20,437 nucleotides of DNA, from assembly GCA_052390515.1 (NCBI GenBank), contig JBQTGV010000022.1:1-20437 (forward strand), given 5' to 3'. The notes below the pieces were generated by a model. It did not search any database. It was not told the origin of the DNA and worked only from the letters and a program-made list of their open reading frames with translations. Positions 14,833 to 20,437 of the stretch are shown in pieces; the first letter of the stretch is position 1; every line of letters starts with the position of its first letter. This stretch comes from Candidatus Eiseniibacteriota bacterium (GTDB lineage: Bacteria; ARS69). A program made the position numbers and the translations under genes.

Positions 14833-16676
14833 CGGGCGCGCCTTCGAAGCTCGACCAGCAGGACTCCCACATCCGCCGGCGAGACACCGGAGATCCGGGA
14901 AGCCTGGGCCACGGTGAGGGGCCGAATCCTCGCGAGCTTCTCGCGGCCCTCGGACGAAATCCCCCTCATTTGGGTGAAATCGAGCGCCGGGGGGATCCGC
15001 ACTGCTTCGAGATCCTTCCCGCGCCGGATGCGCGCATCCTCCCGCGCAAGGTAACCCTGGTACTTGATCCGAACTTCCAGCTTCTCGCGCTCCTCGTCCG
15101 AGAACTCGGCGAGCTCGGGATGGGAGTCGAGCCAGTCGGCGATCCGTGCCTCCGGCCGGGCCAGCAGGTGGTGCAAGAGGACGCCGCCCAGGCGCGCGCT
15201 CCGGAGCCGGCGCTCCAGCTCGTGGACCCGCTCCACCCGCTCCACGAGCCGCCGCTCGTCGCCGGACTCGAGCAGGCCGAGGGCGTGAGCGTGAGGGAGC
15301 ATACGCTCGTCCGCGTTGTCCTGGCGCAGATGGAGCCGATACTCGGCCCGTGAAGTGAACATGCGGTAGGGCTCGTCGGTGCCCTTGGTCACGAGGTCGT
15401 CGACCAACACCCCGATGTAGGCTTCGTCGCGGCCGAGCGTCCACGGCTCGCGCGCCCGAACCCGCCGCGCCGCGTTCACGCCCGCAACCAGCCCCTGCGC
15501 CGCGGCCTCCTCGTAGCCGGTCGTGCCGTTGATCTGCCCCGCGAGGAACAGGCCGGGCACGCGCCGGCACTCGAGCGCGGGCGTCAACTCCGTCGGGTCG
15601 ACGAAGTCGTACTCCACCGCGTACCCCGCCCGGTAGGGAACGGTGTCCGGACGGATTCCCGGGATGGAGCGCAGCACCTCGGTCTGCACCTCCGCCGGCA
15701 ACGACATGGAGAGCCCGTTCACGTAGACCTCGTCCGTGTCCCACCCCTCGGGCTCCAGGAAGAGCGTGTGGCTCTCGGCCTCCGCGAAGCGCACGACCTT
15801 GTCTTCGAGCGACGGGCAGTACCTCGGGCCCACTCCCCGGATCGTCCCCGAGTACAGCGGCGACTGGTGCAGGTGCTCGCGGACGATCTCGTGAGTCCGC
15901 GGCGTCGTGCGCGTGACCCAGCAATCGAGCTGCGGCTTCGCCGGGAGCGCCGCCGTGAAGTGCGAGAACGGGCGCGGGCGCGCGTCCCCCGGCTGCCTCT
16001 CGAGGGCGCTCTCGTCGAGATCTCTGCGGAGGATGCGGGGCGGCGTCCCGGTCTTGAGCCGACCGACGCGGAGGCCGAGCGCCGCGAGGCTCGCCGTGAG
16101 GTGCGCCGCGGCCGGCTCGCCGCGGCGGCCGCCGTCGGTCGTGCGGGACCCGACGAACATTCGTCCGCCGAGGAATGTCCCCGTCGCGAGGATCACGGCC
16201 TGCGCGGGCAGCGTTCGCCCATCCACGAGCGAAAGACCGACGGCGCAACCGTCGTGCACGAGGATCGCTGCCGCCTCGCCCTCGATGACCTCGAGCCGCT
16301 TCTGGCTGCGCACCACGCGCGTCATCACGCGCGAGTACATCGCCCGATCGGCCTGAGCGCGCGGGCCCCACACCGCGGGGCCCTTCCCGGTGTTGAGCAT
16401 GCGGAACTGGACGCCCGCCTCGTCGATGGCGCGGGCCATCTGCCCGCCGAGCGCGTCGATCTCCCGGACCAGGTGTCCCTTGGCGAGACCCCCGATCGCA
16501 GGGTTGCACGACATCCGCCCGATGCTCGTCGCGTCGAGCGTCAGCATGATCGTTCGGCAGCCGCTCCGCGCCGCGGCAAGCGCGGCCTCGATGCCGGCAT
16601 GGCCGGCGCCCACGACGACGACGTCCACCGGCTCATGCCGTGCGGCGGAACGGCGAATGGCCAACGCCGACCTCAC
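14829..16676 (-). CDS. mnmG: tRNA uridine 5-carboxymethylaminomethyl modification enzyme MnmG (GidA)
   Basis: [74 protein letters not shown]. Start is GTG 16676 or TTG 16664. Confidence 0.97.
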   Translation of the reverse strand: MRSALAIRRSAARHEPVDVVVVGAGHAGIEAALAAARSGCRTIMLTLDATSIGRMSCNPAIGGLAKGHLVREIDALGGQMARAIDEAGVQFRMLNTGKGPAVWGPRAQADRAMYSRVMTRVVRSQKRLEVIEGEAAAILVHDGCAVGLSLVDGRTLPAQAVILATGTFLGGRMFVGSRTTDGGRRGEPAAAHLTASLAALGLRVGRLKTGTPPRILRRDLDESALERQPGDARPRPFSHFTAALPAKPQLDCWVTRTTPRTHEIVREHLHQSPLYSGTIRGVGPRYCPSLEDKVVRFAEAESHTLFLEPEGWDTDEVYVNGLSMSLPAEVQTEVLRSIPGIRPDTVPYRAGYAVEYDFVDPTELTPALECRRVPGLFLAGQINGTTGYEEAAAQGLVAGVNAARRVRAREPWTLGRDEAYIGVLVDDLVTKGTDEPYRMFTSRAEYRLHLRQDNADERMLPHAHALGLLESGDERRLVERVERVHELERRLRSARLGGVLLHHLLARPEARIADWLDSHPELAEFSDEEREKLEVRIKYQGYLAREDARIRRGKDLEAVRIPPALDFTQMRGISSEGREKLARIRPLTVAQASRISGVSPADVGVLLVELRRRAR

Positions 16677-18028
16677 TTTCCGATGCAGAAGCGCGAGAAG
16701 ATGCGGTCGAGCACCGCCTCGCCCACGGTTTTCCCGGTGATCTCTCCCAGCGCCGCGACGGCGTCGCGCACGTCACCGGCGATCAGCTCCTCGGTGCGCC
16801 CTTCGCGCCACGAACCCACCGCCAGCGCGAGGCTGGCGCGCGCGCGACGCAGCGAGTCCTCGTGCCGCTCCCCGGGGACGACGGCGTCCGCCGGTTCGCG
16901 TCCGGTTCCCCGGGTCAGGGTATCCGCGATCGCCGCGCGCAGGCCATCGATCCCTTCGCCGCGAAGCGCCGAAACCCGCTGTGCGGTCTCGCCGGCGGCC
17001 GCAGGCACGGCCTTCGCCCCAGGAAGATCGCACTTGTTCCACACGACGACGTGCGCGCCACCGCGCGCCCGCTCGAGCACGACCTCATCGTCCCGACCGA
17101 TCCCCTGCGCCGCGTCCAGCACGACGAGGCGAAGATCCGCGCGAGTCTCCACCTCCCAGGCTCGCCGCACGCCCTCCGCCTCCACCGGCTCCACCGCTTC
17201 GCGGAGGCCGGCCGTGTCCACCAGGCGGACCGGCATGCCGCCGACGTCGATCCACGCCTCGAGCCAGTCCCGCGTCGTCCCCGGCGTCTCCGCGACGAGC
17301 GCCCGCTCGTCCTCGAGAAGCGCGTTGAAGAGACTCGACTTGCCCACGTTCGGCCGTCCGATCAGCGCCACCGTCGCGCCGTCTCGCAGTCGCCGGCCCC
17401 ACGGCGCCCGCCGCGCCAGCTCGTCCAGCGAGTCCGCGCAACGCGAGAGCGCCGCTCCGGTCTCCTCGTGACCGACCGCCTCGACGTCCTCGGTGAAGTC
17501 CAGGTTCACCTCGAGCCGCGCCAGCAGGTCCAGCAGGTCGCTCTCCACGTCGAGCGTCCGCCGCGCCAGCTTGCCGGCCAGCGCGGCGAGCGCCGCGTCC
17601 GCGGCCCGTTCCGTGCGCGCCGAGATGACGTCGACCACGGCCTCGGCCTGCGACAGATCCAGCCGCCCGTTGAGGAAGGCGCGTCGCGTGAACTCGCCGC
17701 GCTCGGCCAGTCGCGCTCCCGCGGCCAGCGCCGCCCGCAGCACGCGCCGGGCCACGATCCAGCCGCCGTGCACGCCGAGCTCCACGACGTCTTCGCCGGT
17801 GTACGTGCGCGGTGCTCGCATCACCGTGACGAGCGCCTCGTCCAGCGCGCGGCCCTCGCCGTCCCGCAGCCAAGCGTGGTGCACGGTGTGCGTCTGGCAG
17901 CGCTCGAGCGGCGGCCTCGTGCTCGCCAGCCGCCCCGCCACCGCTAGTGCATCGGGCCCGCTCAGCCGGACGATCGCTACGCCACTCTCGCCCAGTGCCG
18001 TGGCGATCGCCGCGATCGTGTCCGACAC
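16673..18028 (-). CDS. mnmE: tRNA modification GTPase MnmE (TrmE)
   Basis: [53 protein letters not shown] and C-terminal FSRFCIGK. Confidence 0.97.
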   Translation of the reverse strand: MSDTIAAIATALGESGVAIVRLSGPDALAVAGRLASTRPPLERCQTHTVHHAWLRDGEGRALDEALVTVMRAPRTYTGEDVVELGVHGGWIVARRVLRAALAAGARLAERGEFTRRAFLNGRLDLSQAEAVVDVISARTERAADAALAALAGKLARRTLDVESDLLDLLARLEVNLDFTEDVEAVGHEETGAALSRCADSLDELARRAPWGRRLRDGATVALIGRPNVGKSSLFNALLEDERALVAETPGTTRDWLEAWIDVGGMPVRLVDTAGLREAVEPVEAEGVRRAWEVETRADLRLVVLDAAQGIGRDDEVVLERARGGAHVVVWNKCDLPGAKAVPAAAGETAQRVSALRGEGIDGLRAAIADTLTRGTGREPADAVVPGERHEDSLRRARASLALAVGSWREGRTEELIAGDVRDAVAALGEITGKTVGEAVLDRIFSRFCIGK

Positions 18029-18040
18029 CGCCGGGCCGCC

Positions 18041-19801
18041 TCAGCCCTCGGCCGCTACCGCAGCCGGCGACGGCTTCATCAGCGCCTTCTGCGCGATCGT
18101 GAACAGGTTGCTCATGAGCCAGTAGAGCACGAGCCCCGACGGCATCGTGAAGAAGATGAACGTCATCATGATGGGCATCATGTACATGAGCGCCTTCTGG
18201 CTCGGGTCGACCATCGTCGCCTTGGACTGGAAGAACGACGTCACGCCCATGATGATCGGCAGCAACGAGATGCCCGTGCCGATGAACGGGATCGCGACCG
18301 GAAGGTGGAACAGCACGTCGGGCTGCGACAGATCCCGGATCCAGGCCACGAACGGCGCCTGGCGCAGCTCGATGGTGTGGAACAGGACCGCGTACAGCGC
18401 GAAGAAGATCGGCATCTGCAGGAGCAGCGGCAGGCAGCCGGCGAGCGGGTTCACGCCGGCCTCCTTGTACAGGCGCATCGTCGCCTCGCTCAGCTTCTGC
18501 GGCTCGCTCTTGTACTTCTCCTTGAGCGAATCGAGGCGCGGCTTGAGCGCCGCCATGTCCCGCATCGACTTCGTGCTCTTGTACGTCAGCGGGTAGAACA
18601 GCAGGTTCATCCCGATGGAAAAGAGGATGATCACGACGCCGTAGTTGGGGATGAGCGAGTGCAGCCAGATCAGGAATCCGAGGATGCCGCGGGACAGCGG
18701 GCGAACCCACGACCATCCCAGATCCACGGTTCCCTCGATGCCGAGCCCGGTGGCTTCCAGCTGCGCGAGCTCGAGGGGCCCGATGTACACGTCGTAGCCG
18801 ACGCGGCTGGCGGCGAGCCCCGGCGTTCGCTCCACCAGGATCTGCCCGCCGACGCTGGCGTCGTCGCGACGAGGCGCCGCGGTGGCGAACAGCCGCGACG
18901 CTCCCTGGAAGTCGTCGCGCGGGACGATCGCGCCGAGGAAGTACTTGTTGTGCACCGCGACGTAGTAGGTGTGCCCGGGAAACTCGACCGGGCCGTTGCG
19001 AAGGTCGGCGGCCTTCTTGCGCTGGACCTTCCCCTCGGCGAACACGCTGCCCTGGAAGTACTCGCCCGGGCGGGAGCCGACCTGCTGCTCCGTGGCGTCG
19101 AGCCCACCCGCCCAGCTCAGACCCCAGGCGCCCAGCCCGACGCGGTCGGTCAGGAGCTCGTGCTCCACCCGAAGCACGTGTCCCTCCGACGGGACGAGGA
19201 TCGTCTTGCGCAGGGTGAGCTCTTCGAGGGGCAGCTCCCACTCGAGCCTGCGCCCCTCCGCGGTCGTCCCGTCCGAGACGAGCCGGAACGGAAGGTGGTC
19301 CACGGAGATCTCGCGGTCGCCGACCACGAGCACCGTTCCGAGCGCGCCCGCGCCGTCCTCCGGCAGAAGCTGCACGGGCGCGCCGGATCCGTCGTCGAAG
19401 CCGGGCAGCTCGACGCGCGTGAGTCTCGCGCCGCGGCCGTCGATCTCCACCGCCATGGTGGCCGATTCGACGCGCACGTGCGCGACCTCGGCATCGCTCT
19501 CTCCGGCGAGCCGCAGCGCGCCGGCGCCGCCCGGCGGGGAGAGCAGCGTTCCTGCCCCGACGCTCCCGGTGTCGCCCGGCACCGACGCGATCGTCGCCGC
19601 GGTGTCGGACGGGGTGCTTGCCCCCGGTGCCCCCTGCTCACCGACGTGCCCACCGGCCATCTCTTCGCTCGGCGGAGGCGCGGGCCGCTCGGACGTAGGC
19701 CGCGGCTGCATGGGGAACAGCATGCTCCAGGCGAGGAGCACACCCATGGCGAGCACGATCGCCCAGAAGGCGCGCTGTTCCTGTCCCGGTTCGTCAGCCA
19801 C
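18041..19801 (-). CDS. yidC: Membrane protein insertase YidC
   Basis: N-terminal TM, large periplasmic domain, VDLGW, NYGVVII, YKEAGVNPLAGCLPLLLQMPIFFALY, WIRDLSQPD, PSGLVLYW. Confidence 0.97.
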   Translation of the reverse strand: MADEPGQEQRAFWAIVLAMGVLLAWSMLFPMQPRPTSERPAPPPSEEMAGGHVGEQGAPGASTPSDTAATIASVPGDTGSVGAGTLLSPPGGAGALRLAGESDAEVAHVRVESATMAVEIDGRGARLTRVELPGFDDGSGAPVQLLPEDGAGALGTVLVVGDREISVDHLPFRLVSDGTTAEGRRLEWELPLEELTLRKTILVPSEGHVLRVEHELLTDRVGLGAWGLSWAGGLDATEQQVGSRPGEYFQGSVFAEGKVQRKKAADLRNGPVEFPGHTYYVAVHNKYFLGAIVPRDDFQGASRLFATAAPRRDDASVGGQILVERTPGLAASRVGYDVYIGPLELAQLEATGLGIEGTVDLGWSWVRPLSRGILGFLIWLHSLIPNYGVVIILFSIGMNLLFYPLTYKSTKSMRDMAALKPRLDSLKEKYKSEPQKLSEATMRLYKEAGVNPLAGCLPLLLQMPIFFALYAVLFHTIELRQAPFVAWIRDLSQPDVLFHLPVAIPFIGTGISLLPIIMGVTSFFQSKATMVDPSQKALMYMMPIMMTFIFFTMPSGLVLYWLMSNLFTIAQKALMKPSPAAVAAEG

Positions 19802-19822
19802 GGGCCGCCTCGCTGCGTTTCG

Positions 19823-20029
19823 TCACGGCACGGGATCCACGCCGCCGGCGTTCAGGGGGTGGCAGCGCAGGACGCGCGCGGCGGCGAGCCCCAGCCCGCG
19901 CACTCCGTGGCGCGACAGCGCCTCTTCCGCATAGGCCGAGCAGCTCGGATGGAAGCGGCAGGCACGGGGCAACCACGGCGAGAGCACGGCGCGATACGCG
20001 CGCACCAGCAGGACGAGGAGGCCGATCAT
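19823..20029 (-). CDS. yidD: Membrane protein insertion efficiency factor YidD
   Basis: ATG 20029 overlaps the rnpA stop (ATGA). Sequence YRAVLSP...CRFHPSCSAYAEEALSRHG...RVLRCHPLNAGGVDPVP. Confidence 0.95.
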   Translation of the reverse strand: MIGLLVLLVRAYRAVLSPWLPRACRFHPSCSAYAEEALSRHGVRGLGLAAARVLRCHPLNAGGVDPVP

Positions 20030-20391
20030 GGCTGCGCCGAGGAGATGCTGCGCAGCAACGCCGTCACGTCGTCCTCCACGTCGCGCGTCCCCCGCCCGAT
20101 CATCTTGGACGAGGCCACGAACACGATCGCGATTCCCCGGCACGCGAGCTCCCCTTTGTGGCGGCGGTACGCTTCGCGGATCCTTCGCTTCAGCGCGTTC
20201 CGCGTGACTGCATTCCCGAGCCTTCGCCCGGCGGCCACGCCCACACGGTTACGCGTTCCCGCGTCCGCTTCGCCGCGCAGCCAGAACGCGCTCATCAGAT
20301 CGCCGCGGATCCGCTGGCCGTCCTGGAGGATCCGCGTGTACTCCGCGGGCCGCCGGACGCGCTCCTCCTTGGCGAAGCCTTCGGGTCTCAT
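20026..20391 (-). CDS. rnpA: Ribonuclease P protein component
   Basis: FAKEERVRRPAEY, RVGVAAGRRLGNAVTRNALKRRIRE (RNR-motif region). Canonical position upstream of yidD-yidC. Confidence 0.93.
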   Translation of the reverse strand: MRPEGFAKEERVRRPAEYTRILQDGQRIRGDLMSAFWLRGEADAGTRNRVGVAAGRRLGNAVTRNALKRRIREAYRRHKGELACRGIAIVFVASSKMIGRGTRDVEDDVTALLRSISSAQP

Positions 20392-20427
20392 GGGTCCGCG
20401 ACGCGTGACGCGTCGCCGGCCGCGGCG

Positions 20428-20437
20428 CTACGGGATC
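20428..20437 (-). CDS. Possible last codons (..Ile-Pro-stop) of the upstream gene, by synteny likely ribosomal protein L34
   Basis: Minus strand reads G ATC CCG TAG at the window edge. Identity rests only on the usual rpmH-rnpA synteny. Confidence 0.3.

Noticed and set aside
14833-16509. Apparent 760-aa RsmG with a long N-terminal fusion
   Set aside because: The extension is an alternative frame within mnmG. The GTGA overlap at 14829-14832 gives a normal-length RsmG.

Overview
GC-rich bacterial chromosomal segment, probably from a diderm since it encodes outer-membrane proteins. Every credible gene is on the minus strand. From the right: the conserved origin-proximal cluster (possible rpmH 3' end)-rnpA-yidD-yidC-mnmE-mnmG-rsmG-[two parS sites]-parA-parB; an M23 peptidase and a bactofilin separated by a 4 x 38-bp tandem repeat; a 300-bp intergenic region with DnaA-box and IHF-like motifs; an isocitrate/isopropylmalate-family dehydrogenase; spoVG; an OmpA-family protein with TSP3-like repeats; a small beta-barrel OMP; and an S9 peptidase. 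At the left end is the most unusual part: an ECF sigma factor, a soluble zinc-finger (ZAS) putative anti-sigma protein and a large TPR-CHAT caspase-like protease. The protease is absent from the ORF track because it runs off the window edge. A shared candidate promoter motif (GTATYT-N16/17-GTCTGT) lies upstream of both the sigma gene and the anti-sigma/CHAT pair. All calls come from manual reading and motif recognition; no database searches were run.
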